Origin: Octopus sinensis | Lineage: Eukaryota | Length of the DNA: 64,000 bases | Direction of reading: 5' to 3' | Assembly: GCF_006345805.1 (NCBI RefSeq) | Contig: NC_042998.1 | Location: 127,038,001 to 127,102,000 of the forward strand | Part shown: positions 1 to 13,749 of the stretch, in pieces | Layout of the letters: each line of letters starts with the position of its first letter | How positions within the stretch are numbered: the stretch's first letter is position 1 | Program-made: the position numbers and the translations under genes | Notes under the pieces: model-generated | The model's database searches: none | Told to the model about the DNA's origin: nothing | Seen by the model: the letters and a program-made list of their open reading frames with translations, nothing else

Positions 1-1378
1 GTACAAGTCTAATATATCGTATTGCTATCTTTTATACGAATTCTTCTCTGAGATATGACTCAATATTCTTTGACATACCATGTGTTTGGGAAAGCTTGCC
101 TTTTGTTTGAAATGAAGCTTTATTCCAAGTCGGCGATTCTTATGTCAATAATGTCCTTCCGAATCTTTGAGTATCAGTTACTCAGAGATATTCAAATGCC
201 CTGATGCTGGCAGATAGCATGTGTTTGCTGTCACGAAATGCATGAGATCATTCAATATTGATGGATTAATGCAGAAAAGTACGAAATCAGGAATCATAAA
301 GGATTCTCATATATATGCTTATATTTTAATTATATAAGATGAAATATGTCCAAAATTATATGCCTAGCTCTAGACATAAAAATACACTGAATTTATATAT
401 TTTAAGTATTCTAACTTGTAATATTCTGTATCACTACATGCTGTGATTTGAGTAAAGAAATATTTTTATAATTTGTCACAATTCCGTGAATAAGCAATTT
501 AGCAAAGCTGACGATTTCTATGGATTTATAATTTGTAGCTTTTCGTTAGATCAATAAGTTTAAACATGACAAGGAACCTAAAAAATGCAGGCTATGACTT
601 TGAGAAGTGAGTGTAAAATGGCAATTTTCAGAATTTGGCGTATAATGGCATATGCTCGAATATTTCAAATGCTTGAAACATCTCAAAATTATTTAGTGCA
701 ATTAACTGAAGTAAAATTTGAATTAAGTGTACTAAAGAATATAATAAACCACGTAAATTCATTATAAAACGGAAAACTATATTAGTTTATAAAATTTGAG
801 TAGTATAAAATGCCGAGACGTTCAAAACTGGATGTAATTTCGAGATGGTAACTGGTAAATAAAAACATTATATTTATTCAAAAATCGTGGGCAGAATGAT
901 ATTGCGTTTTATTGAGACGTTTTTCAGAGGAACTAAGGCTCGGATATACGCAGTTGCTTCTCATAGGGAATCGAATAACTCTTATTAGATTCAATTCACC
1001 GGGACTCTCACCACCTTCTCAAGATAAATCATAAACGTAAACTACCCAAGCTTATAAGAAGGTATTTATTACATAGGATCGTTATGTCTTATTTATCGTA
1101 GATTTTTGTTTTAAGTAATAAATGCAGTCAGAAAATTTGTAAGTAAAGCAAAATTCATCAAAACACCTTCACAAATGCCTGAGACCGCCGATACTGAGTA
1201 TGTTTCTGTGTTTTATTTTTATTTTGTTAGATTCAAAGATCTTATATTTTTATAAGGGTTATAGATAGAATATCATAACATCCATGAGATAATCAAAGGC
1301 AAAGATGGCACACGTGAAGTAAATTTCTGTTAATACAGAATCATAAATAGATTACAACAAAGAATACTCGTTTTACAG

Positions 1379-1424
1379 CCCAATTGTTGTAACACTGAAT
1401 ACATCCCAATTGTTGTAACACTGA
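1379..1424 (+). repeat. 20-bp direct repeat (cccaattgttgtaacactga x2)
   Basis: Identical copies at 1379-1398 and 1405-1424 with a 6-bp spacer. Confidence 0.9.
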
Positions 1425-1734
1425 CCTCTTATAAAATCAAAAAATATGAACATAATAGTGTAAATAAAAACAGATTTGTAACAGTCGTGCCGTATTTCGT
1501 TGCAAAAAGTGAAACCTTTAAACTTCGGATTAAAATACAGTGCTAGAAAGGGTTTCAGTTAAAACTTATATAAAGGTGAGCACCTCACAGTACTGACACT
1601 AATTTTATTTTGACTCGGTGAGCATCTCATAACATAACATTAACTTATTTCGTTTTGGTACAAAACTTCCAAGCGGGAATAAAAGAATATTGTGACGTTC
1701 ATAAATTTCTCAAGACAATTGGCAGTGTAAAGAG

Positions 1735-1907
1735 TACACACACACACACACACACACACGCACAGACACACACACAAACACACACAAACACACACACACA
1801 CACCACACACACACACACGCACAGACACACACACAAACACACACAAACACACACACACACACAACACACACACACACATACACACACACACACACAAACA
1901 CGCACAA

Positions 1908-1945
<38 letters not shown>
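1735..1945. repeat. Compound (CA)n/(TA)n microsatellite, representative of dozens of CA, TA, GA, TATG and AAT tracts in the window
   Basis: Read directly; it explains the CVCV, HTHT and YIYI ORFs. Confidence 0.97.
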
Positions 1946-1948
<3 letters not shown>

Positions 1949-2291
1949 TTATAAAATGAGATAGGGGTTGAAAATTCAATCCCTATCTTCAACCCCTATG
2001 ATTGGGTATCATCGGATAGTTGATGTTTTATTGATTTAAGTATGTTTCTCCATTCTCTAATTTTGTAGTATATATATATATATATATATCAATGTCCATC
2101 ACTCCCAAATGGTATTGTGGGTGAATTATCTCGCCTGCCCATGACTGTGGGGGCGTAAGTAACTTCCAAGGGGGCGCGAGCCGATAAGAAAAAGCAGGAA
2201 TTTACAGTTCTATATTTAAGAGATGAGGAATTATGTACATTATTTACATTATTTACATTTGACGGAATTTATTCTCATCTTGTTTGTTGTT

Positions 2292-2336
2292 GACACAACG
2301 CTTGGGCTGACGTACCCTCCAGCATTCATCAGGTGT
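2292..2336 (-). ncRNA. Minimal type I hammerhead motif, family A, degenerate
   Basis: acac CTGATGA atgctg..cagcc CAAG cgtt gtgt; the conserved GAAA is mutated to CAAG. Confidence 0.65.
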
Positions 2337-2398
2337 ATTGGGGAAATTTCGAACCTGGGTTCTCATTCCTAAGGTATTTTTCGATGTTGCTGTTGTTG

Positions 2399-2430
<32 letters not shown>

Positions 2431-2551
2431 GAAATTACTGCCTGGAGGCGAACTAAGAATCTTGGGGTTAGTAGCCCGCGCTCTGAATCACTACGCCATT
2501 TGCCCATGAGTATATCTTAGGAACGAGAACTCAGGTTCGAAATTTCCCCAA

Positions 2552-2597
2552 GACATCTGATGAAGGCTGATGTGTATATCAGCCGAAACGCCGTGTC
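2552..2597 (+). ncRNA. Minimal type I hammerhead motif, family A
   Basis: gacat CTGATGA a ggctga tgtgtata tcagcc GAAA cgcc gtgtc; 6-bp stem II; the cleavage-site U is mutated to C relative to the 30315 copy. Confidence 0.75.
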
Positions 2598-3465
2598 AAC
2601 AACAAACAAGATGAGGACAAATATCCTTCAAATGTAAATGATGTAAATAAAGCAGGAATTTCTCTGATTATATTTGTTATTCTCTTAACAAGAGCATGGT
2701 GAATTAATGAGAAGTTTATGAAAAAATGCAGAAGTATTACCGTATACCTTTAGTTTTCTCATTTTGCTATCTTAGCGCCGCATACCATTTTCTTTATTTC
2801 GTAAAGACAAAACATATTTTTCAGTTAATAAATAAGTTTGATTCACTGTTTCATATATATCAAATAATGTGATTCTTAAAAATCAAGAGACATGCTGAAA
2901 CATTATCAAATCATTATAGTAACATACTAAGAAATCTTAATTTAATTTAAAAAAATTGAAAACTGTTTAAAAATTTTAGCAAGATGAAAAGAATGATATA
3001 TTTAAAAATAGAAAATAAAACAAAAAGTATGTAATAGATTCTACTGTCACTCAATTAAATAAAGTCTCAAAAAAATTAAAACACAGATTGAAAAATGAAA
3101 AATTTTGACAATAAAACCAAAATTTTTAGTTAGAAATATAGTAATTTATTTTTGTAAGAAAACATTATGCTATAATACTAAATGTTAAAATAAAATTCAG
3201 ATTTAATTATTACAGAAAGAAATATTTTCTTTTTTAAAGAAACTTTTTTGATATTTTCGTACAAATAGATATAATATTTTATTGTACAAATTTTTCGTAT
3301 AACTTTTTTTCTGCTAATATAACTATTATTCCAAATGTTTTTGATTTAATTTTTTTCAGAACTTTTTACTCCAAGTGTTCTAACTTGGGACCTGACATTA
3401 TCTTACTTGTGGCTTATCTATTGTTCACATACTTGTGTTGCTCACTGTACACCAAATAATTTTCA

Positions 3466-5035
3466 ATGAGTGCAAAGAAACGGAAGTATCTTGACGAATA
3501 TATTCGATTTGGATTCGTGTCTTTTCAAAAGGGTGGCACACAAGACCCCAGTGTATGATATGTTACAAAACTTTGAGCAATGATGGGATGTGACCCTCAT
3601 ACTTGGAACGCCACTTGAGGACAACACATCCTGCTTTTGTAGACAAGCCCAAGGAATCCTTTGAAACAAAAACAAAAAAACATTCCTTGAAGTAAGTTAA
3701 GTTTGACGGTAGTGAGGCATTTCGGCAACAAACGTCAATGATTGTTGAGGCTTTCTATGAGATCGCCATGTTGATTGCAAATAGCAAGAAGAGTCATAAT
3801 CGCGGGGAGACTCTCATAAAATCTAGTCTACTCCGTGCAGTAGAACACATTCTAGGGAAAGATAGTGCAAACAAGCTTTCCCAGATTTCACTATTGAACG
3901 CTACAGTCAAGGGAAGCTCAACGACTTAACTCAAGATATCAAAGATCAAATTCTCGACCAAGTAAGAGATTCTCCTCTTTTTGCCATCCAGTGTGACGAA
4001 ACGGCTGACATCGCTTAGTGTTCTCAGCTACTGGTGTATGCTCATTTTGTGTCGGGCAACTGTGTAAAAGAGGAAATGTTGTTCTGTCACCCTATGGATA
4101 TTTGTACAACAGCAGTAGCTATTTTTCGTGATGCATGAAACTTCTTTCAGGAAAACCAATTTTCGTTGGATTCGCTGGTAGCGGTGTGCACTGATGGAGC
4201 TCCAGCCATGGTTGGTCTGCAGTCTGGACTCATTACTAGAATGAAAGAAAAAAATCAACTGTTGTAGGTACACACTGCATACTTCATCGTGAAGCCTTAA
4301 CATTCAGAACTTTACCTACTGAAATGAGAAATGTCCTGAACGTGACTATCAAAGTTGTTAACTTTGTTAAAGGTGGGACCTTAAATAGTCGGCTTTTCAA
4401 ACTGTTGTGTAAAGATATGTAATCTGAACATGAAGCATTGCATTTTCGCATGAACGTACGATGGCTATCAAACGGGAACATGCTTGGACTGCTTTATGAA
4501 CTACGGGAAGTAGCAATATTTCTAGATTTGCAGCAAAAGGCAGATTTCCATGACAAGTTCCAGTCTGAAGGCTTTCAGTTATCCCTAGCTTGCCTGGTGG
4601 ACAACTTCGAAGCATTGAATGCCATCGACCTTAAACTGCAAGAGAAAGACATCAAAATTCTCACGAACCACGACACCATTCGAATCTTCATGGCCAAACT
4701 CGACCTCTGGAAATGTCGAATTCAGCTGGGAAATATAGCCAGTTTTAGTTACTTGGATTCTGCTCTCATTCACGGTAACCTTGATTCTGATTTAAAGCAA
4801 CAAATAATCACTCATCTAACTGATTTGAAAACAGAATTCGTCAGATACTTCCCAGATATAGATGAAAAGCCTAAAGCTTGGAAATTCATCAGGAAACAAT
4901 TTCAGTGTGAAGTGACTGATGTTTTGGATGAAGTGCAAGAGGAGTTTCTTGAGCTGAAGTTCAACTCACCAGCTAAGGAAGACTTCAAAGAACTGGATCT
5001 TGAAACGTTTTGAATCAAGTACCCTCTGATCTTAT
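3466..5035 (+). pseudogene. hAT (Buster/Charlie, ZBED8/ZBED5-like) transposase remnant
   Basis: Frameshifted pieces read MSAKKRKYLDEYIRFGF, AFYEIAMLIANSKKSHNRGETLIK, QCDETADIA, CTDGAPAMVG, HCILHREA, VRWLSNGNML and FMAKLDLWK. The C-terminal dimerisation region is missing. Confidence 0.9.
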
Positions 5036-5519
5036 TTTAGAAATTGATGACTATAAATATTATTAAATTATTTACGATTTAAGCTAAGTAACAAAATGTT
5101 TACTTTGATCCCATTCATTAACTTAATATTTGATCATATATTTCTTCTGGTTGTGCAACGCAACACATTGTGGGCGTATACACAAATGTGGCCCTATCCA
5201 ATATGTCCATTGATTTTCCTTAGAATGAACAATAACAGTGAAACCATGAACTGGATAATTTTCTGTACACTGCTCGGTACCTTAGTTTCCCAAGTTCAAT
5301 TCTAGCTTTGACTGACTTCAGCTTTCAGACTTTCTGTGAGATGATGCGGTTTTTACCAATAGTTTACCGTGCTAAAATACAGTAATAAAGTTTTGTAATT
5401 AGCAAACTCTTTTGTGGTACCTAATAAAAATTTATATTTCGGCTTATCCAAATAGATTTTTTTAATATTTAATATTACTTATCCTTACGTGCCACTCGAA
5501 TACAGAGCAGAAGATGAAA

Positions 5520-5830
5520 ATATTCAATTCAGTTAAACACTTTGGAAGAGCTTGAACGTTGCACTATACAATTTCCCTTGATACTTAAGTTTATACTAGT
5601 TGTAAAGAAATCAAAATTGTTAGCGTAAACAGAAGGTCACTAATTGATAGTAAAACTTTACTAAATAGAAAACTAATGCAGTTAATGTTGTTGGTGGCGG
5701 AAGGTATAGTTGTAGTGGTTTTGATTTGGTTTAAAAATACCCAGAGATATTGTTTTGAATACTGATACTGAATAATATTGACTGCTAAATGACTAATATT
5801 ATTAAGAAGTAATATTTGATGTCTAGGCAT
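5520..5830 (-). pseudogene. Highly decayed PLE GIY-YIG endonuclease fragment
   Basis: Pieces such as NHYNYTFRHQQH and INLSIKGNCIVQRS resemble the NH..TFRH..H / Y.IKW.I segment of the 36-kb GIY-YIG; many disablements. Confidence 0.4.
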
Positions 5831-6807
5831 TGTAGTAACTATTGAAGTTTGTTCTTTTATATTTTAAGGTCGTAATTGTTCTTTTTGTGCTGCATTGTCT
5901 AGTCCATAGCACATAAAGCGAATGTAATAAAGTGGATACGTAATTATTTTAGAAAATAGGGCTAATATTTAAAATAGAAAGGCCAAGAAACGTACATTAT
6001 AAGAGCATAAATTAGTTATCGGGAGCGTTAAAGTTAATTACACGATAGTCACATACCAATTTTATATTTCCTTCACTTTGATCTTCGTGTAACAATATGA
6101 AAAGTTCTATGGCAAAAATTGATTTTCTTTTATGCAAGTAACCAACAATAACAACTACTGAAGTCTGTCAATATTTCTAATTCGAGGTGGAGCCAGACGG
6201 AATGACTAAACGCCTTAGAAACGGAAGAAACAAATTGTCTATATAGAAACGCTAAAATACATTACCATATTCTGCTGCCTGGTAACAGAAAAAAGAAAAG
6301 AATGAACTTGAAGCGCAAATTTTTATTAAAATTTTCATTAGAGGTGGAGAGGCTTCATAAATCGGAATGTATATTATATTACTACACTGCGTAGTTTGAA
6401 TTTGATCCATAAAAACCACGCAAAATGCAACGTTTGAAAGATATATCTAGAGCATATTAAACAAACAAAACGAGAAACACGACTTAAATATCTATAGAAT
6501 ACTGGTCAATAAAATCAAAACCGTATCCACACAAGGGAAACTTTGAATAAAAGTCAGAAAGATTTAATGAGAGAATTTATTTTAAATAAAATTAAATACA
6601 ATAATAAAGCCAAGGTGGAAATTGATAAATAATTAAGTTCTATAGTAGTTCTTCCTATTCATGAACAGAAGACCAACCTAATGACAAGACACAGGGAAAA
6701 TTAGCAACAGAATACACAAAATGTAGAATTATGAAAACAGACACTAAAACAGTATAAGCTATACATGTAGCAATTACAATAGTTACAAAGGAAAGTGGAT
6801 CGCCTTT

Positions 6808-7146
6808 CACATGGGCTCAGTCCCACAGCGTGGCACCTTGGGCAAGTGACTCCTACTATAGCCTCGGGCCAACCAAAGCCTTATGAGTGGATTTGGTAGA
6901 CGGAAACTGAAAGAAGCCCGTCGTATATATGTGTGTGTGTATGTGTGTGTGAGTATTTGTGTGTCTGTGTTTGTCGTCCCACCATCACTTGTGTTTATGT
7001 CCCCGTAACTTAGCGGTTCGGCAAAAAGACGTGGATAGAATAAGTACTCGGCTTACAAAAAATAAGTCCTGGGGTCGATTTGTTCGACTAAAAACGGTGC
7101 TCCAGCATGGCCAAAAGGTCAAGTGACTGAAGCAAATAAAAGAATA
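6808..7146 (+). mobile_element. tRNA-derived SINE family S1 (5'-truncated; bipartite with an internal TG/TA tract)
   Basis: cagtcccacagcgtggcaccttgggcaag...gaaagaagcccgtcg and the 3' module ttagcggttcggcaaaa...gctccagcatggcc are shared with the copies at 14327, 47220 and 54988. Confidence 0.85.
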
Positions 7147-7656
7147 CAAACGGATTTGTAATCGACAATGTTTTAAAATAGTTTATTTGAAGAGAGAGAC
7201 AATGAGCATGGGTTAGAGTGGTGATGGAAGAGGAGGAGCAAAAAGAAAGTAATGCTGTATGGGAAAGAAAAAGAACGAGAATAATGGATGGGCAAAGAAA
7301 GAGGGTAACGTGAGGAGCAGCATTATAGAAGGTCGATAACGCAAAGAGTATGAGAGGGAATATCAAAGTTAAATGGAATACAGTTAGATACAGTTAGAGG
7401 TAGAGAATGTTAGAGAGATAGATCAAAATATAAAACACAGAGAAATATAGATAATAGAAGAGGAGCTGTCAGAATAAGAGGAATATGTTTAACCTAATAT
7501 AAACAGAGAAAGTGAATGGGGAGAGGATAGACAAAACGGAAATAGAGACGGGAAGGAGGTGGGAAGGAATAAAAAAAGAATAAGACCTGATTGCAGGAGA
7601 TAAAGCCTAATCACCAAGACAGGGAAGACAGTATGGGTAGATAGATAGATAGATAA

Positions 7657-7659
<3 letters not shown>

Positions 7660-7709
<50 letters not shown>

Positions 7710-8035
7710 GGAGAGGAGGGAGATGGGAGAGAGAAGGGGGAGAGAGGGAGAGGAGGGAGATGGGAGAGAGAAGGGGGAGAGAGGGAGAGGAGGAAGATGG
7801 GAGACAGAAGGGGGAGAGAGATGGATAGGAGGTGAAAAAAGAGTAGAATAGGTTCTGCGAATTAGAGAGTTAAGGAAGAGAATGATCAGAGAAGGTAACT
7901 ATGGAGAGAGTGAAATAAAGAGAAAAGGATACATGAAGGAGAGAAAGAAAGGAATGATGAAAGAAAAGTGTGATTTTAGGTGATAAAAAAGTGATAAAGT
8001 GACAAAGGAGAAATGAAGAGTAAAACAGAACGAAT

Positions 8036-8081
<46 letters not shown>

Positions 8082-8369
8082 TGAGAGGGAGAGAGCGAGT
8101 GAGCGAAAGAGAGAGAGAGAGAGAGAGAGAGGGAGTGAGAAAGTAGGTGACGGGAAGAAAGAATGTAATGCAAATAATACGAGAAGAATGAAAAAAATGA
8201 ATAAATAGATTGAAAGATAGATAGGATAGATAGATAGTTAAGTAGAAAGAAAGTGGATGAAGAGAGCGAATGGTAAGGATATATCTCTTTATCTCATTTA
8301 ATCTAATCGAATATATTTCCAAAATAGGAGAATAAATTGAAGAAGAAGAAGAAGAAGAAGAAGAAAGAA

Positions 8370-8410
<41 letters not shown>

Positions 8411-8519
8411 GAAAGACAAAGGAGAAAAGAGAAACAGAGAAGGTAATGAAACGAAGAGTAAAAGTGAAAAGGGAGAAGTCGACATGTACAAGAAAAAAAA
8501 TGAGAGAAAATGCACATAG

Positions 8520-8560
<41 letters not shown>
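7660..8560. repeat. GA/GAA purine-rich low-complexity region
   Basis: (GA)n tracts at 7660, 8040 and 8522; (GAA)n at 8338-8410. Confidence 0.95.
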
Positions 8561-8561
<1 letters not shown>

Positions 8562-8931
8562 TAAGACAGTATAAAACGTTAAAGGTTTGATTGTATTCGT
8601 AAATGACGGGAAATGTAGAATCATGGACAAATGAGATTAGAGAACGGAACCTCTTAAAGTATTAATAAATCTGAGGCTAGGTAAGCACAGTTTTGTCCAA
8701 GGCGCCGTAATGTAGAAACAGGATCGAACTTGGAAACATGTGATTGTAAAACGAACTTCTTAACAACACAGACTTACTTGGACCTATTTAAGAGGAAAAA
8801 TATAACGGAGAAAAGTATCTAATATGAAAGTATTGCGTATAAAATGTGTACATTTCTGAAATTCTAATGTTGGTTTCGATGTAGAATGAAAACCATGGTT
8901 GGCAAGATCTTAATCGTGGCATTCAGTGTCA

Positions 8932-8995
8932 AAAGTACATATAAAGGAAAGTACATATAAAGGAAAGTACATATAAAGGAAAGTACATATAAAGA
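8932..8995 (+). repeat. 16-bp minisatellite (aaagtacatataaagg) x4
   Basis: Four adjacent copies read directly. Confidence 0.9.
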
Positions 8996-9559
8996 AAGAG
9001 GATAAAAAACGTTGGAATGCGTCACTGTATGATTGCTTCGTAACGAAAAGCAATTATGAATGCTTTTCTGTTTGATTTTGAGTAATCACCCAAGATAAAA
9101 CGAGCGACTTTATCGCCTTTGTGACTGATAACCATCAGTAACTAAGGCGATGTTACAGAAAAGGGAGATAATTTGTTCCAGTGATAGAAGACGTGGTTTT
9201 ATTCAATTGTAGAAATATTCAAGAGAAATTCAAATATAGAAAACGAAAACAGAAAAAGTAATAAATAATAATAAACTAACAAATTTATAAATCCAGTTGT
9301 AATCCGGGTTAAGACTGCATTAGCACAACAATTAATTTTGTGTACCGGTTTGATTTGCATGAAATTCTGTTCGTTTAATACTTTCATTGAGTTAGACTGT
9401 CTAAAATGTCTTCTTTTACAAGAAGGAATGTTAATCCAACGGAAGATGATAAGCACTATCTTCTCCTCTCCCTTCACTTTCTCATCATCATCGACATTAT
9501 TATCGCCATCGACGTCGACCTCATCACTGTCTTCATCGCCACGAAAACCACCAGGAATG

Positions 9560-10148
9560 AAAACCAAATATGACCTCAGCAGGATTTGAACTCAGAAGGT
9601 AAAAACCAGAGTAAATACGGCAAAGCATTTAAACTTCCGATGCTCCCAAGATCCTGCCACTTCGCCGTCTTCTAATTTATTTCTAATTTAAGAAAAAGCC
9701 TACAGTTTCGGTCGGACACTGTTGGTCGATTCGATCAAATTCAGATCTTCACTGCTACTTCATTTTAGCGACCCTACAAGAATAAATGTGAACATCAGTG
9801 AGATTTGATCTCAGGATATGTAGAGTCGAAATTAAATACTGCAAAGTATTTTAACCGATGCTGTAACGATTCTGTCAAGCTACCGTTCTCATACAATAAA
9901 GATGCTAACCCTTTCGGTTATAAGCTCAAGTCCTTAATAAATATGATAATAATTCCTTCTAGGGACAAAACCTGAAATCTTGGAGGAGGGGAATAGTCGA
10001 TTACATACACCCCAGTGTACAACTAGAACTTATTTTACCGATCCCAAAAGGATGAAAAGTAAAGATGACTTCTGCTGAATTCGAACTGAAGACGTAAAGA
10101 GAGACGAAATGCTGTCCGGCGTGTTAACGATACTGCCACCTCGTCGCC
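9560..10148 (-). mobile_element. Cluster of decayed SINE family S2 copies
   Basis: Reverse-complement similarity to the S2 copy at 48185 (head, gagttcaaattccgccgaggtcgac, catcctttcggggtcgat); three nested heads. Confidence 0.65.
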
Positions 10149-10587
10149 TTAAAGATAATAAAAATGATAAGAAAAACTGTGGGATTTCAGTACTATCGCG
10201 TCTAAATACAGCAAAACTTTGCGGTCGCTGCACTCTCTTTCAACCAACATCTTCGTTCATTACAGCAGTAACAGCAAAGTTAGGCATTAGGCTGGAAGAT
10301 ATTTCATTCCAAAATAGAAGATAACTTTAAAGGTAGTGGAAATTGGTGGAAAATTGATAAATTATTATTAACTACATGAAATATTGAAATCTAATACAAA
10401 ATATATTTCTCTCAGAATGTTCTACAACACAAATAATATTATAATATTTGGAACCCCAATAAAAGAAATTACTTTTCAATAGATTTTCAGAATTACAAGA
10501 ACAGATATAAAATTACAATTTATAAAAACACTTATTTCCTATTATTGAGTTTATAAACATGTATGAACATATGTACATGTGTATGTA

Positions 10588-10621
<34 letters not shown>

Positions 10622-10633
10622 CACATTATATAT

Positions 10634-10687
<54 letters not shown>

Positions 10688-11989
10688 CATGTATATTATG
10701 TGTATATGTGTTTGTATATAAATATATATTTTGGCATAGGCATAGACCACTTACATTTATCGAGTTTCTCGATAGCGATTTATTCGATTCTAGCTATCGA
10801 TCATCAGCTGCTCCAAGCGCGTTTAATACATCGTCGTTATATATTATATATATATATATATATTGCAATAGACACGCGCGCGTGCGCACAAACACGTATA
10901 TATAAAGTAAATTATATATAGTTTATTCGGTTTTGGCGCTGAGTATTACGGTTGTTGGATCACAAGTGCTGCCTTCATATTGAATTTTAAGCGTAAGTAG
11001 ATGAGTATTCCGCAGGCACTTGTAAACTTTACGTAGTCAGTGACACATTGTGTGCAAATGCTACACCTTGATTTACAAGTACAAATCTTGCGACGAGTTT
11101 CAAGAACTGTCGATATAGATTCTTACGCGGCATTAGATTTTTTAAACAAAACTAACAGTAAGAGGGAAAAGGATTAAGTTTGTATAATGTCACTTTATTT
11201 ATATTTAAAGAGTTTGCTTTTATCTTCTTTTAAATTGCAAAGTGATTTCATTTGTGTCGTAAACCATTTATCATTTCGGTGGCGTTCCAACTTCACTTGA
11301 TGACCTAAGCTCGTATTTATTTTCATTAATGGTTAATCCAGCGCTGGTCATATACTATATCTATTTACGAGTATTATTTGTATATTACTTGTACGTTAAA
11401 TGTGCTGAAGCCCGCATAGTGATATTTTGAAATTTTTTGATACGTGTTTTTGAAGTCTGCGTAATATAAAATAGGAAATATAATCCATTAAACATCCTAA
11501 GTTTTTATATATACTTTTTTAAATATATATATATATATATTACTCAGACTTCAAATGTACTACAAAATGTATTTCAAAGTGTATTTTAAAATATTACTAT
11601 TTGGTTTCACTCTATCATTACAACATATACAACTCGATGCTAGTACAATTTCGCAAATTATGTGTGACTCGATTCAAAAATTCTAGTACTAGCGTCTATA
11701 CACAGATACACACGCACACACACATATCTGTAAGATAAAAGCTACATACAATAAGTTCTCAAATCCTATTCCTTTTACTCTATACCCTACCAACGTAATC
11801 ACCTGGTAATAATAATATAATAGTGCATATGCACATTTATATGTGTATTCCATCCTAACATTCTTATCTCTTCCTTCTATCCACCCCCTATCTCTTTTAT
11901 CCTGATAGCTCTCCTCTCTGACCCCCACCTCTATAATATCTTGACCACCATCTAGCACTCCTTTCATATTTTTCTGCCTATTTCTTTCG

Positions 11990-12530
11990 TTTTTCTTTCT
12001 GTCTTTCCTTCTTCTTTCCCCTCTTATTTCTTTTGACTAATACCATGCTCCTCCTAACATACATATCTATTCTCGTCTCTCTATCTACTTACCCCTACCA
12101 GTACACTCTCAAAATTTCATTCACACCACAAGACCGTTTCAGACAAACAGCACATGGAATTTGTATCTGCGCTATCCATTCGTAATAACAAAATATGAAC
12201 TCCTACCGGAATCTATATACCATGGAATAGTAGCATTTCTACCCATTTTATACAACACTTTCTTTGGATAATGGAACTACAACTGTAACATCCTACATAT
12301 AGTTTTACTTTTATTTTTACTTTTATTCTCTTATTTCCCTTTATACTTCCTATATCCATACTTTTCCAAAATAATACCTTATATTGAACTCTACTATTTC
12401 CTTCTAGTTAACTCTCTCATATTGTCTCTGATGGAGGGATATACCTAATATCATAGAAACAGCTGTAAGACTACCTTTCCCTTTATAAATGTCCTATAAA
12501 TTCCACACAACCTTGGTTTTGTTGTCTCAT
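11990..12530 (+). mobile_element. PLE 3' end / pLTR remnant
   Basis: Pyrimidine-rich pLTR containing a family B HHR; shares the gaaacagctgtaagac...tttataaatgt segment with 63121-63640. Confidence 0.55.
12424..12471 (+). ncRNA. Minimal type I hammerhead motif, family B, partly degenerate
   Basis: gtct CTGATGG agggatat acct aatatcata GAA ACAGCTGT A agac; stem I GTCT/AGAC, palindromic stem III, GUA site; core position 9 is altered. Confidence 0.65.
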
Positions 12531-12536
12531 TTTGTT

Positions 12537-12586
<50 letters not shown>

Positions 12587-12953
12587 GTGTGCTTGCGTAG
12601 TATCTTGAGCAAATATCACTTTCTATAATACAAGGTAAGGGTCCACTCATACTTTGTGAATATATATATAGGCAGACGAAAACTGTCTGGACACCTGTCG
12701 AATGGATTGTGCTCTGTAATTTTAAAGGTGCAATTCAAAAATAACTGCATTGCCACATATCGTGTGACGCTGAATTTACCTTAGAATTGCCTCATCAGTA
12801 CAAGCGTGAAGGTGCATTGTCCAATCACTTACCAGCTGTCTCAATGTGCAAGTAAATCGCTTCATCGAACAAATGAATCATCATCGTGGAACAGACGGAC
12901 TACCGTTTGTATATATTACATATCTTACCTTCTTCTTTCGCTATATCTGTCTA

Positions 12954-12997
<44 letters not shown>

Positions 12998-13677
12998 TTA
13001 CCTCTTCATATTAATGTTTTATTGAATGACTGTATAATTTGTGCAGTATAAATATATGGATATTCGTATATGTATCGTGTGTATGTATGTAGGTATGTAA
13101 ATTGGTATGCATGTATATAGGTACACATATTAGACACATACATATATGTACGTGATCGTGTACGCGAATGTACACGCGTTGATATTTATAAATTATAAAT
13201 TTGAAAGAATCGAAATCCATCGAAAGTTTCAATCATATAAGACTGAACGCGACAAAGAGAGACAGAGATGGAAAGGTGAGAGTAGAAGAGAGGGAAAAGT
13301 GGGAGAGAGAGAGTGTGTGTTAAAATGAGATGAGTGAGAAAGAAGAGAGGATGAGAATGAGGATAAAGAGAAGGAACAATGCAAAGTTTCAACGAGAAAA
13401 TCTAGCGTAATAGAAAATGGAAGAGAGAATCTTCCAAAGGTGAAAACAGATGAGATATATTAAGAAAATATATTAGGAAATAAATAATTTGCTGCATAAT
13501 GAACATTCTGAAATATATGTGAATTACACAGATGTCACAGCTTTTCTCTAGTGAATTAGTATTGAACATTATTTCTCTCTCTTTACTTTTCTATTTATTC
13601 TCTCCACGTGTCCTAATGGTATTTTCTCAACTGCTATTATATGAGGATAAATATATTTATCTGCGATAGATAGATAC

Positions 13678-13717
<40 letters not shown>

Positions 13718-13749
13718 TATATATTATATATATATATATATATATAATA

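Larger units (their letters stand above)
2204..2648 (-). mobile_element. tRNA-headed SINE-like element with a hammerhead-bearing 3' part, an inverted partial copy at its 5' end, and a 13-bp TSD
   Basis: On the minus strand: tRNA-like head 2505-2433 (A-box-like TGGCGTAGTG, B-box-like AGTTCGCCTCC), then (AAT)n/(AAC)n, then the HHR segment, ending at 2204. 2517-2648 repeats the HHR segment in opposite orientation. aaagcaggaattt occurs at 2191-2203 and 2649-2661. Confidence 0.8.

Noticed and set aside
2433-2505. tRNA gene (also the heads at 25662 and 29897)
   Set aside because: The acceptor stem is not closed, the B box is degenerate, and each continues into a repeated body, so these are SINE heads.
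8932-8995. CRISPR-like array
   Set aside because: Adjacent repeats with no spacers, no cas genes, eukaryotic context.
9199-9567. 122-aa acidic ORF on the minus strand
   Set aside because: The acidic part derives from a decayed (GAT)n tract and it starts inside a SINE fragment; no domain is recognisable.
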